From positions 64,147 through 128,146 of the forward strand of contig CAVSXK010000024.1 in the NCBI GenBank assembly GCA_963731925.1: a stretch of 64,000 nucleotides of DNA, in the 5' to 3' direction. Shown here piece after piece: positions 37,887 through 47,106 of the stretch. The notes below the pieces were generated by a model that had not been told where the DNA came from, ran no database searches, and saw nothing but the letters and a program-made list of their open reading frames with translations. Made by a program: the position numbers and the translations under genes. Every line of letters starts with the position of its first letter. The stretch's first letter is position 1. This stretch comes from an uncultured Actinomycetes bacterium (GTDB taxonomy: Bacteria; Actinomycetota; UBA4738; HRBIN12).

Positions 37887-39518
37887 TCACCCGCCGGGAC
37901 GGTCACGCCGGGCTGCAGCGGTGTCGGCCTTGGTCAGGCCGAGGATCCACTCGGAGACCTCCTCCAGCGTGTGCCCGTTCTGCCGGAGCTCGGCTTCGTT
38001 GACGAAGATCTGTGTCGGCTGGATCAGCTCGACGACGCGCGTCTGATCGCCGTCGGTGTCGAACGTCGCGTTGATGCCGTTCTGGATCGGTGTGGCGGCG
38101 ATCTGGAACGCGCCGGAGACCTTCGGGTCCGGGATCGAGCCGTGATCGGCCGTGAGCACGAGAGCCCACTCCCCCTCGCCCACCGTGGCGTCGAGGAAGT
38201 GGACGAACGTCTCGAGCGCCGCGTCCTGCCCCTTGACGGCGTCCTGCATCTCGGGGCTGTTCACGGTCCACACGTGGCTGATGTAGTCGATCATCTTGTA
38301 GTTCACGAACAGCAGGTCGGGCACCTCGTCGGCGCCGAACCCCTCGCGAGCGATCATCTCCTCCATCACGCGGGTCTGATACGGGATCCGCGCCGGCGTG
38401 TCGAACCCCTCGAGCAGCGTCTCGATGTCGTTCGTCCGCCACCTCCCGTCGATCTGTCCGTCGTTCGAATCGACTTCCCGAACGTCCCGATCGAACCCGC
38501 CGACCTCGTCGAGGTAGTCGGGGAACCGGTAGTAGGGCATGAGGTCGGGCGTGAGGTTCCAGTCGAACCCCTCGGCGCCGAGCGTGTCCGCACCGATCTT
38601 CTCCCGGATCACCGCGATGTCCTGGTCGCCCCCACCCCACATCGCGCCGTGCCCGAGCATCCCGAGGTGGATGCTCACGGTCCCGATCTCGCCCACGACC
38701 GGCTCGTTGCCCATCGCGCGGTCGTACAGGTCCGCGAGCGTCGGTTCGACCAGGTACGCGGGACCCTTCGCCCACGGCGTGGTGAGCTCGTCGCCGATCC
38801 GGAGCCTGTGCGCGACGATCCCGTGCGCGTCGGGGAACGCGCCCGTTCCGATCGTCGCGTGCGTCTGCGCCGTGGACGTCGGGCTCGTGCCGACGGTCGC
38901 GTGCTCGTACCACGCGCCCTGCGGGATCAGCGACTCGAGATAGGGCCAGTCGTCCTTCCAGCGTCCGAGGACGTTGCGACCGCCCGCGTCCCAGATCATC
39001 GTGACGATCAGACGCGGCGGCGTCTCGTTGCCGGCGATCGCCTCGACCATCGGCGTGCCGTCGATCGCGCGGAACGGGAACCCGAGCAGCTCGGCCTGCG
39101 TCGGCGCGACGCCGGCGAGCGTGACCGGACGGTCGACGACGCCGGCCGGCGCCACGTGGCCGGGCCCGTACCAGAACATCGGGATGTCCTGCGCGTACGG
39201 CCAGGGCCCGACGTGCGGGAGGCCCGAGCCCACGTAGTTCGGCTCGATCGGCAGGATCTGGATCTCGGCGCTCCTGTCGTCGCTGTTCCCCCGCCAGGTG
39301 CGCAGGAGCCACTCGTGCGGCATCGAGCACGCGATCGACGCCAGGCTGCCGCCCGAGGCCGAGGACTGCTCGAGGGGCTCGGATCCGGTGCTGCCCAAGC
39401 TCGCGGCCGCCGCTGACGAGGTTCGGGGGGCTTCGCGGAGCTCGACCTCCTCCCCCGAGCACGCAACACCCGTGACGAGCAGGAAGGCGAGCACGGCGAA
39501 CACACGTCGGGAGGTCAT
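37887..39518 (-). CDS. NPP-family phosphodiesterase lipoprotein (tandem paralog)
   Basis: Lipobox LLVTGVACSG from ATG 39518. Same motifs as the 36119 paralog (TMIWDAGG, THATIGTGAFPDAHG, LVLTADHGSI). Confidence 0.8.
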   Translation of the reverse strand: MTSRRVFAVLAFLLVTGVACSGEEVELREAPRTSSAAAASLGSTGSEPLEQSSASGGSLASIACSMPHEWLLRTWRGNSDDRSAEIQILPIEPNYVGSGLPHVGPWPYAQDIPMFWYGPGHVAPAGVVDRPVTLAGVAPTQAELLGFPFRAIDGTPMVEAIAGNETPPRLIVTMIWDAGGRNVLGRWKDDWPYLESLIPQGAWYEHATVGTSPTSTAQTHATIGTGAFPDAHGIVAHRLRIGDELTTPWAKGPAYLVEPTLADLYDRAMGNEPVVGEIGTVSIHLGMLGHGAMWGGGDQDIAVIREKIGADTLGAEGFDWNLTPDLMPYYRFPDYLDEVGGFDRDVREVDSNDGQIDGRWRTNDIETLLEGFDTPARIPYQTRVMEEMIAREGFGADEVPDLLFVNYKMIDYISHVWTVNSPEMQDAVKGQDAALETFVHFLDATVGEGEWALVLTADHGSIPDPKVSGAFQIAATPIQNGINATFDTDGDQTRVVELIQPTQIFVNEAELRQNGHTLEEVSEWILGLTKADTAAARRDRPGG

Positions 39519-39657
39519 CGGCGCGCATACGAAACACGACCCCGCCCGGAACGACAACCCAAGCCCAACCGAGCGCGATAGCGTGGCCCCCTCGTGACCG
39601 GTCGACGTCTCCTCGCGATGCTCGTCTTCGCTCGCGGCGATCGGGATCCCGGCGGCC

Positions 39658-40923
39658 GTGCTCACGGCCACCTGCGCCGGTCGCTCGTGCGACGCATCGG
39701 GTGGTGAGGCGGTGCGCGTTCCGTTCTGTCCGCTCCCGCAAGACGTGAAGGAAGGGGTCGTGAACGGATTCCGGGAGGGACGCTCGCCCGACGTCCTCGG
39801 TGTCGCGGACGGAACGCTCGTCTACACCGATCTCGAGGGCCTGCGGATGCCCTGGCCCGCCGCCGGGACGCTCACCGACACCCGCGTGCCGATCGTGTTC
39901 GCCGGCGCGGGCGTCACGAGCGGCGCCAGCGTGCCGAACAGGACGACGCTGGACCGCGTCGCGCCGACGGTGAGCGAGATATTGGGGTTCGAGCGAGAGC
40001 ACCCGGAGGTGCGTTCCGGGACCGCGGTGGCGGGTATCGCGAACGGCGAGCCGCCGAGTCTGGTCCTGCTCGTGGGGTGGAAGGGCGTCGGCTCGTCGGA
40101 GCTCGAGAACCATCCGCAAGACTGGCCGTTCCTCTCGTCGCTGCTCGACGATGGCGCCGGAACGCTCGAAGGCGAGACGGGGTCGCTCCCGATCGACCCC
40201 GCCGCGACGCTCACCACCGTCGGGACGGGGGGCCTGCCGTCGCAGCACGGGATCACCGGCTCGTTCATCCGGGACGGCGAGGGCGAGGTCGCTGAGGCGT
40301 TCCGTCCGGGCTTGCCCGTCGAGGACCGCCAGATCATCGCGACGCTCGCCGACGACCTCGACGACGCGAACCATTCGACGCTCGTCGGGCTCGTCGCGAC
40401 CGACGAACGCGATCGCGGGATCGTCGGCGGCGGCTGGTATCCGGGCGAGGATCCCGTCGACGTGGTGATCGGCGACAGCGCCGCGGCTCCGCTCGCCGTC
40501 GAGGTGCATCTCACGACCGGGTACGGAGCGGACGACGTCCCCGATGTCATCGGTGTGGTGCTCGAGGGTCGCGTTCGGGCGATGGACCGCTGGACCCGGG
40601 AGATCGTCACCGAGGCAGAGCGCGCCACGTCGGAGTCGACGCTGGTCGTGGTGACCGGAACCGGATCGGGTGAGGCGAGCCGGCTCGCGGTGCCGGACGG
40701 CGAGCTGGTCGAGGCGGTCGAGGACGCCGTCCCAGGGGACGCGCCGGCTGTCGCGGCGACCGTGGCGGGCGGCGTCTTCCTCGACCAGGCGGTACTCCGG
40801 GAGGAGCAGGTGACCGGGCAGGTCGCGGTCGACGCGATGCTGTCGGCCACCGGGCCCGACGGTGAGAGGATGCTGGCGGACGCCTTCCAGGGGTTCGCCG
40901 TCTCGTTCGCCCGGTACTGCTAG
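39658..40923 (+). CDS. divergent NPP/alkaline-phosphatase-superfamily paralog, probably catalytically degenerate
   Basis: Retains a TLTTVGTGGLPSQHG nucleophile-loop-like motif. The DHG metal motif is replaced by VVVTGTGSG. GTG start, and no obvious signal peptide. Confidence 0.55.
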   Translation: MLTATCAGRSCDASGGEAVRVPFCPLPQDVKEGVVNGFREGRSPDVLGVADGTLVYTDLEGLRMPWPAAGTLTDTRVPIVFAGAGVTSGASVPNRTTLDRVAPTVSEILGFEREHPEVRSGTAVAGIANGEPPSLVLLVGWKGVGSSELENHPQDWPFLSSLLDDGAGTLEGETGSLPIDPAATLTTVGTGGLPSQHGITGSFIRDGEGEVAEAFRPGLPVEDRQIIATLADDLDDANHSTLVGLVATDERDRGIVGGGWYPGEDPVDVVIGDSAAAPLAVEVHLTTGYGADDVPDVIGVVLEGRVRAMDRWTREIVTEAERATSESTLVVVTGTGSGEASRLAVPDGELVEAVEDAVPGDAPAVAATVAGGVFLDQAVLREEQVTGQVAVDAMLSATGPDGERMLADAFQGFAVSFARYC

Positions 40924-40938
40924 CAGGAGTCCGTTTCG

Positions 40939-41961
40939 ATGGCCCAGATCGCCGACCCGCGCCGCATCGCCGAGCTTCCACGCCCGGCCGACCGGCGCAC
41001 GGCGATCGCCGTGGGGGCGCTGCTCGTGGCGGTCGCGCTCGTCGTGAGCGTCGGCGACCCCGGACGCTTCGCGTGGGTCCGAACGTTCTTCGTGATCTTC
41101 GGCTCGCTGCTGATCCAGGCGTTGCCGTTCGTGATGCTGGGGGCGCTCGCGGCGGCGCTCGTCGAGGTGTTCGTGCCGATCGGCACGTTCGAGAAGCTCG
41201 GCGCGCTCCCTCGGCCGCTGCAGCTCCCCGCCGCGGCGCTGGCCGGCATCGCGTTCCCGATCTGCGAGTGCGGTTCGGTGCCGGTCGCGCGCCGGCTGAT
41301 GCAGCGAGGGCTCATGCCCTCGGCCGCGGTGACGTTCATGCTCGCGGCGCCGGTGCTGAACCCGGTCGTGATCGCCTCGACGTTCGTCGCGTTCCGCGGG
41401 CGGACCACGCTCTGGACGATGGTCGGCGGCCGCTTCCTCCTCGGCATGCTCGTCGCGATCGCCGTCGGCTGGGTGATCGGCAACCGATCGAAGGACGAGC
41501 TGCTCAAGCCGAACCCCGAGGAGGCGCACGAGCACCTGATGGAGCTCGGACGCCCCGAGGCGCGCTGGCGGCGGTTCTTCGTGCACCTGGGCAACGACTT
41601 CCTGTTCATGGGGCGGTTCCTGCTGCTCGGCGCGACGATCGCGGCGGCGATCCAGACGTTCCTGCCGACGTCGGTGCTGACCGGCCTGGCCGAACGCCCG
41701 GTGGTGAGCGTCCTCGCGATGATGGGGCTGGCGGCGGCGCTCTCGCTCTGCTCCGAATCCGACGCGTTCGTCGCGGCGTCGTTCGTGCAGTTCGGGCCGT
41801 CGGCGATGCTGGGCTTCCTGGTGTTCGGGCCGATGGTCGACCTGAAGCTCGTCGCGCTGTACGCGGGAACGTTCCGGCGCGGGTTCACGCGGACGGTCGT
41901 CCTCGTCGCCGCGGCGGCGACCCTGGTGGGTGCGCTCTGGGTGGGGGTGGCGTTCGGATGA
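40939..41961 (+). CDS. DUF318/YraQ-type predicted permease
   Basis: 340 aa, ~8 TM helices. Conserved Cys pair (FPICECGSVP) typical of the PF03773 permease family. Confidence 0.8.
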   Translation: MAQIADPRRIAELPRPADRRTAIAVGALLVAVALVVSVGDPGRFAWVRTFFVIFGSLLIQALPFVMLGALAAALVEVFVPIGTFEKLGALPRPLQLPAAALAGIAFPICECGSVPVARRLMQRGLMPSAAVTFMLAAPVLNPVVIASTFVAFRGRTTLWTMVGGRFLLGMLVAIAVGWVIGNRSKDELLKPNPEEAHEHLMELGRPEARWRRFFVHLGNDFLFMGRFLLLGATIAAAIQTFLPTSVLTGLAERPVVSVLAMMGLAAALSLCSESDAFVAASFVQFGPSAMLGFLVFGPMVDLKLVALYAGTFRRGFTRTVVLVAAAATLVGALWVGVAFG

Positions 41962-42719
41962 CCGACTCGGTCGTCGCTCGCACCGGCGCGCGCGTCCGCG
42001 CGGAGACCGGACCTCCCCGAACGTGGAGTCCCGGCGGCGTCGCCGGCGCCTTCGTCCTCGCCGCGTGGGCGGGTCTGTTCTGGTTCCTATGGCTCTCGGG
42101 GCGCGAGGCGTTCTACCTGTCGACGCGAACCGATTGGGTGGTTCCGGTTGCCGCGGTGCTGCTCACCGCCGCGACGATCGGCCGGCTCGCCTCGGCGCGC
42201 GTCGTCACGCCGAAGCCGCTCGCCGCCCGCGAGCTCTGGATCATGGGTCTGATGGTCGTGCCGGTCGTCCTCGTGCTGTTCGCGCCCGTGACGACGCTCG
42301 GCGCCTTCTCGGCGGACAAGCGGGCGGGGTTCTCGGGCACCGGGTTCGCGACCTCGAGCGGCGACATCGGCAGCGGCGAGCTCACGCTGGTCGACGTCGC
42401 TTCCGCCGAGACGAGCCCCGAGGGCGAACGCGCCCTCGCGAAGCGAGCCGGCGAGACGGTTCGGTTCGTCGGGTTCGTGTCGATCCGCGACGACACGCCG
42501 GCCGACGAGTTCCTCCTCGCGCGCTACGTCGTGTCCTGCTGCGTCGCCGACGCGACGATCGCCGAGGTACGCGTGGTGAACGTGACGCCCGGGCAGTTCG
42601 CCAACGAGGACTGGGTCGAGGTGACCGGCACGATCTACCCGATCGGACGCGAGGTGATCGTCGATGCAAGCAGCATCGCCGAGGTCGCGCGTCCCGATCA
42701 CCCCTACCTCACGCCCTGA
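41958..42719 (+). CDS. TIGR03943/DUF1980-family membrane protein (permease partner) with CC motif
   Basis: ATGA overlap with the permease gene. Two N-terminal TM helices. Conserved C-terminal RYVVSCCVADA. Confidence 0.75.
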   Translation: MTDSVVARTGARVRAETGPPRTWSPGGVAGAFVLAAWAGLFWFLWLSGREAFYLSTRTDWVVPVAAVLLTAATIGRLASARVVTPKPLAARELWIMGLMVVPVVLVLFAPVTTLGAFSADKRAGFSGTGFATSSGDIGSGELTLVDVASAETSPEGERALAKRAGETVRFVGFVSIRDDTPADEFLLARYVVSCCVADATIAEVRVVNVTPGQFANEDWVEVTGTIYPIGREVIVDASSIAEVARPDHPYLTP

Positions 42720-42754
42720 GCGGTTCCGGCACAACGGTCGTGTAGCCTCAGCCC

Positions 42755-43516
42755 GTGCTCGCGGCGTCCTCCTCGGTCTGGTTCCAGACGATCGTCTCGG
42801 TCCTCATCGTCAGTGCGATCGCGTTCGTCGGGATCGTCATCTTGATCGTGCAGGCGGGGCTTCTCCAGCGTGTCGTCCCGATCCTGGTGAGCTTCGCGGT
42901 CGGGGCTCTCCTCGGCGATGCGCTGTTCCACATCCTGCCCGAGCTCGCCGAGGACGGAGGGATCACGGTCGGCATCTCCTGGGTCATGGCGCTGGCCATC
43001 CTCGGGTTCTTCGTACTCGAGAAGTTCATCCACATGCACCACCGGCTGGAGGCGCCACCGCACGGGCACATCCATCCGGTCGCGCTCACCAACCTGCTCG
43101 GTGACGGGCTCCACAACTTCATCGACGGCGCGATCATCGCGGGGGCGTACCTGGCGAGCGCTCCACTCGGCATCGCCACGACGGCGGCGGTCGTGCTGCA
43201 CGAGATCCCGCAGGAGATGGGCGATCTCGGTGTCCTGGTGCACGCCGGGCTCACGCCAAGGCGAGCCCTGATCTTCAACTTCGCCACGGCGCTCACCGCG
43301 GTGGCCGGTGCGGTGATCACCCTCCTCCTCGAGGACACCGTCGGCGGCGTCGTTCGGCCGATGCTCGCGCTGTCGGCCGGCGCGTTCATCTACATCGCCG
43401 GCTCGGACCTGATCCCCGAGCTCCACAAGGCGACCGACCTCCGCGTCTCGATCCTGCAGTTCCTCGGCATCGCGGCCGGCTTCGGCGTGATGGCCGCGCT
43501 GCTGGCCCTCGAGTAG
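42755..43516 (+). CDS. zupT: ZIP-family divalent metal transporter (ZupT-like)
   Basis: 253 aa, 8 TM helices. His-rich loop HMHHRLEAPPHGHIHP. Conserved HNFIDGAII and HEIPQEMGD motifs. Confidence 0.85.
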   Translation: MLAASSSVWFQTIVSVLIVSAIAFVGIVILIVQAGLLQRVVPILVSFAVGALLGDALFHILPELAEDGGITVGISWVMALAILGFFVLEKFIHMHHRLEAPPHGHIHPVALTNLLGDGLHNFIDGAIIAGAYLASAPLGIATTAAVVLHEIPQEMGDLGVLVHAGLTPRRALIFNFATALTAVAGAVITLLLEDTVGGVVRPMLALSAGAFIYIAGSDLIPELHKATDLRVSILQFLGIAAGFGVMAALLALE

Positions 43517-43560
43517 ATCAGCGGGTGCGGAGGGCGCGGTTCAGCGCTCGTCGCACGTCC

Positions 43561-43971
43561 TCATCGCCGAACCCGAGCTGCGCGCCACGCCGGGCGAACG
43601 CCTCGGCCGCTTCGGCGAGCCGCCGTTCGCGACCCGGGACGCGTTCCGGCAGCCGGTCGGCGACGAACGTTCCCCTGCCGTCCGCGTCCTTCGATCAGCC
43701 GCTCATCCTCGAGCGCCCGGTACGCCTTCGCGACGGTGTTCGGCGCGAGCTCGAGCTCCTCCGCGAGCGCTCGGACGGTCGGCAAGCGAGCACCGGGGGC
43801 GAGCGACCCGCGAAGGATCCGTCGCGCCAGCGCCGCCGAGAGCTGATCCGAGAGCGGCTCCGCGGAAACGTGGTCGAGCGCGATCCGCACGCCGGCATCA
43901 TCCCCCGCCCGCCGAGGACCGGCGTGTAACGTCTCGTCGATGGGCGTCCGAGTCGGCATCGGGCTGTTCAC
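43561..43971 (-). CDS. GntR-family (YtrA-like, short) transcriptional regulator
   Basis: wHTH: PGARLPTVRALAEELELAPNTVAKAYRALEDERLIEGRGRQG. N-terminal extent uncertain. Confidence 0.7.
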   Translation of the reverse strand: MNSPMPTRTPIDETLHAGPRRAGDDAGVRIALDHVSAEPLSDQLSAALARRILRGSLAPGARLPTVRALAEELELAPNTVAKAYRALEDERLIEGRGRQGNVRRRPAAGTRPGSRTAARRSGRGVRPAWRAARVRR

Positions 43972-44975
43972 GGCCCAGCTCCCGGCGGGCTCGAAACGAA
44001 CCTTCGAGCAGGAGTACCGGGAGACGCTCGAGCTCGTGCGCTTGGCCGAACGCGTCGGGTTCGACTCCGCGTGGGTGAGCGAGCATCACGGTTCGTCGGA
44101 CGGTTATCTGCCGTCGATGCTCCCGTTGCTCGCGGCGCTCGCCGCGGTGACCGAGCGGATCGAGCTGGGGACCGGCGTCGTGCTCACGTCGTTCCACGAC
44201 CCTCTGCGACTCGCCGAGGACGCGGCCGTCGTCGACCTCCTGTCGGGCGGCCGGTTGCTCCTCGGTCTCGGCAACGGGTGGCGCGAGGAGGAGTTCCGGA
44301 TGTTCGGCGCCTCGAAGGCCGAACGCGGCGCCCGGACCGAGGAGACCGTCGAGGTCCTGCGGCGAGCGTGGACCGGCCGCCGGTTCTCGTTCGAGGGCCG
44401 AACCCTTGCGTACGACCGCGTGAAGGTGACCCCGCAGCCGGCGAGACCCGGCGGACCGCCGATCCTGCTCGGCGGCTACGACCGGAAAGCGGTCCTCCGG
44501 GCCGGCCGGCTCGCCGACGGCTACGTCACGGACGAGACGGGCCCCGACGAGGTCCGGAGCAACCTCGCGCTCGTGGACGAGGGTGCGACCAGCGTCGGCC
44601 GCGACCCGTCCGGACTCGACGGTCGTGCTCCTCCAGAACGCGTTCGCGTGGCGCGACGGCGATCCTTGGTCGCTGATCCGCGAGGGCCTCGTCCAGCAGC
44701 TCGGAACGTACGAAGCCTGGGGGAACGGCGCCGACACGCCGGAGCTCGACCGCCTCGATCCCTTCGAGCCCGCCGACGAGGACCTCCGCCTCTCGACGGC
44801 CGTGGGAACGCCCGAGGAGGTGCTCGCACGGCTCCTACCGTTGGTGCGCGCGTTCGGCGACCGGGACCTCCACCTGGTCGTACGGCTCCACTATCCGGGG
44901 ATGGATCTCGAGACCGCCGCGCGGGCCGTCGAGCTCTTCGCCGCCGAGGTGACACCGGCCCTGAAGTCCGGCTGA
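43940..44975 (+). CDS. LLM-class (luciferase-like) flavin/F420-dependent oxidoreductase; frameshifted near 44620
   Basis: N-terminal ~225 aa in frame of 43940 (MGVRVGIGLFTAQ...FDSAWVSEHHGS...GLGNGWREEEF). C-terminal ~120 aa in frame of 44583 (…VVLLQNAFAWRDGDPWSLIREGLVQQLGTYEAWG...). Confidence 0.7.
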
Positions 44976-45033
44976 CGATCACGCCCTCGCAAGACTCAGC
45001 TCGTCGGTCGTGAGCTCGACAACCTCCCCCCGA

Positions 45034-45381
45034 TCAAGAGTCGGCGAGCGAGATGCCGATCACGTTTCCGGCCGGGTCGCGGAACTCCGCCCACGTGACC
45101 ATGTCCGGGATCTCGGTGATCGGCGTCACGACCTCGCCGCCCATCGAGACCGCCTTGTCCAGGTACTTCTGGAGGTCGTCGACGTCGACCACGACGTTCA
45201 CGCGTGCATCGCCCTCGGTGATTCCGCCGCCGATGCCCTTGTCACCGGAGTTCGTGTGGACGATCCCGTAGTTCATCGGGTTGTCGGCGTGGATCTCCCA
45301 GCCGAACAGGTCGGCGTAGAACGACTGCAGCTTCGACGCGTCCTTCCCGTAGATCTCGAAGTGCACGACCGGTGCGCCCAT
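45034..45381 (-). CDS. VOC-family (glyoxalase/bleomycin-resistance fold) protein
   Basis: 115 aa from ATG 45381 (MGAPVVHFEIYGKDASKLQSFYADLFGWEI...). GGAGGAAGGAGG SD upstream. Confidence 0.75.
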   Translation of the reverse strand: MGAPVVHFEIYGKDASKLQSFYADLFGWEIHADNPMNYGIVHTNSGDKGIGGGITEGDARVNVVVDVDDLQKYLDKAVSMGGEVVTPITEIPDMVTWAEFRDPAGNVIGISLADS

Positions 45382-45428
45382 CGACTCCTCCTTCCTCCGA
45401 CGGCCGGGTCGGCCGTCAACATCGACCA

Positions 45429-45878
45429 TCACATCGACCAGGGGTCCGGGCCCGGATCCCGTCCCGCCGCGGCCTCGACGAGTCGCGGCACGAAGTGCTC
45501 CCAACCCTCCATCTGCCTCGCACCCTGGCCGGCCGGCAGATCCCGGTGCACGAGCCGGAGCACCGTCGCGTCGCCGTCGCTCGTGAGCGTCACCTCGACG
45601 GTGCTCGAACCGGGCGGGACGTCCTCGTCGCCCTCCCAGCCCCACGTGAACACCAGGTGGTTGGGCGGGTCGACCTCGACGAACTCGCCGACCACCGTCG
45701 CCCCGCCGGCGATCCCGCCAACCCGGTACGTGCCACCCGGACGAGGGTCGAGCTCGGCCGAGCTCCCCTTCCAGCGCCTCATCTTCTCGGGGTCGGTGAA
45801 GAACTCGAACACGGTCTCGGGACGCGCCTGGATGCGGACCTCGAGCTCACCGGTCTCGGGGCGAAGGACCTGCGCCAC
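45429..45878 (-). CDS. SRPBCC-superfamily protein, AHSA1 (activator of Hsp90 ATPase homolog 1-like) family
   Basis: ...ARPETVFEFFTDPEKMRRW... and FTWGWEGDE. Start set at GTG 45878; the track's upstream extension overlaps arsR. Confidence 0.7.
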   Translation of the reverse strand: MAQVLRPETGELEVRIQARPETVFEFFTDPEKMRRWKGSSAELDPRPGGTYRVGGIAGGATVVGEFVEVDPPNHLVFTWGWEGDEDVPPGSSTVEVTLTSDGDATVLRLVHRDLPAGQGARQMEGWEHFVPRLVEAAAGRDPGPDPWSM

Positions 45879-46182
45879 GCCGCCTCCTCTCCTCGTGCTC
45901 GGCCTCATCTTTCAGCGCCGAGAGTCGCTCCGTCCACATCTCTTCGATGAACGTTCGGAGCTCCTCCACGCCCTCGGGCCGGAAACGGTAGATGCGCTTG
46001 GTGCCGTCGCGACGTTCGGCGACCAGGCCGGCCTCCTTCAGCACGGTCAGGTGCTGGCTGATCGCCGGTCGCGTGACGTCGAAGTGCGAGGCGATCTCGC
46101 CCGCCGTCATCTCACCCTCGCGGACCAGCCGCAGGATCTGGCGGCGGCGGGGTTCGGCGATCGCCTTCAGGGCGGCTTCCAT
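45847..46182 (-). CDS. ArsR/SmtB-family metalloregulatory transcriptional repressor
   Basis: HTH: LRLVREGEMTAGEIASHFDVTRPAISQHLTVLKEAGLV. A typical ArsR-AHSA1 gene pair. Confidence 0.85.
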   Translation of the reverse strand: MEAALKAIAEPRRRQILRLVREGEMTAGEIASHFDVTRPAISQHLTVLKEAGLVAERRDGTKRIYRFRPEGVEELRTFIEEMWTERLSALKDEAEHEERRRRGAGPSPRDR

Positions 46183-46202
46183 GCCGAGCAGGGTAGGCCC
46201 GG

Positions 46203-46224
46203 CTTACGTAAGCGTCAACTTAAG
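46203..46224. promoter_or_regulatory. AT-rich palindromes CTTACGTAAG and CTTAAG immediately upstream of arsR (candidate ArsR operator)
   Basis: A perfect 10-bp palindrome at 46203-46212 and a 6-bp palindrome at 46219-46224. They lie within the 51-bp arsR upstream region in an otherwise GC-rich context. Confidence 0.4.
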
Positions 46225-46233
46225 AAGAACGGA

Positions 46234-47106
46234 TCACGACGCCAGCCGGACCCTGCCGGAACCAACCTCGACGAGTCCATCGACCACGAGGGTTCCGATC
46301 GCCGCGTCGATACGATCGCGCGCGAACCCGGTCTCGGCGACGAGCCGGGCTGGCGTGAGCGATGGGTTCGAGCGCAAGGCGTTCACGACCGCGCCCCGAA
46401 CCTGCCTGGTCGAGCCCTCGAACGGTCCCTGACGCTTCGGCCCACGTCGCGCGGTCGCCCCCGAGAGGCGGAACCGGCAGACGCGGGCGAGCGGGCAGGC
46501 GTCGCAATGGGGTTTGGGCCTGCACACCTCCCGGCCGAGATCCATCACGGCTTGGTTCCACATCGCGGGATCGCCCCGATCCAGCCACGCGTCGGCGAGC
46601 GCCCACACCTCCTCCGCCGGCGCTTCGTGACCCTCGATCCCGAGATGCACCCGCGACACCACTCGCCGCACGTTGGTGTCGACGACGGGGACGGGTTCGC
46701 CGAACCCCATCGAGGCCACCGCGGCGGCCGTGTACGGGCCGACCCCGGGGAGTTCGAGCAGCTCATCCTTCGCGCGAGGGATCCGGCCATCGTGGTCCTT
46801 GTCGATCGCTCGGGCGGCCTCGGAGAGACGAACCGCCCGCCGGTTGTAGCCCAGACCTCCCCACTCGGCGACGACGTCGCGGCGTGGCGCGGCGGCGAGC
46901 GCTCGGACCGTCGGGAAGCGGCGCAGGAACGAACGAAAGGCCGGGACGACGCGGGCCGCCTGCGTCTGCTGGAGCATCACCTCCGAGACCCAGATCGCGT
47001 ACGGGTCGCGCGTCTGCCGCCAGGGGTACGCACCGCGCCGGGGCGCGTACCACGCCCGCAGGGCTTCCCTGCCGAGACGACGGCGACTAGGCTTGGTAGG
47101 CGGCAT
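46234..47106 (-). CDS. HhH-GPD base-excision glycosylase with 4Fe-4S cluster (MutY/A-G-specific adenine glycosylase-like, no NUDIX domain)
   Basis: From ATG 47106. WYAPRRGAYPWRQTRDPYAIWVSEVMLQQT. HhH motif LPGVGPYTAAAV. Cys ligands CRPKPHCDACPLARVC. Confidence 0.8.
   Translation of the reverse strand: MPPTKPSRRRLGREALRAWYAPRRGAYPWRQTRDPYAIWVSEVMLQQTQAARVVPAFRSFLRRFPTVRALAAAPRRDVVAEWGGLGYNRRAVRLSEAARAIDKDHDGRIPRAKDELLELPGVGPYTAAAVASMGFGEPVPVVDTNVRRVVSRVHLGIEGHEAPAEEVWALADAWLDRGDPAMWNQAVMDLGREVCRPKPHCDACPLARVCRFRLSGATARRGPKRQGPFEGSTRQVRGAVVNALRSNPSLTPARLVAETGFARDRIDAAIGTLVVDGLVEVGSGRVRLAS

Noticed and set aside
37903-41586. 1227-aa minus-strand ORF, plus many other long R/P/G-rich ORFs (e.g. 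1421..2578, 8848..10311, 13367..16267, 31483..35142, 35021..38002, 48903..50903)
   Set aside because: Arg/Pro/Gly-dominated, low-complexity translations lying antisense or out of frame to well-supported genes. These are the expected stop-codon-poor artefacts of ~70% GC DNA.
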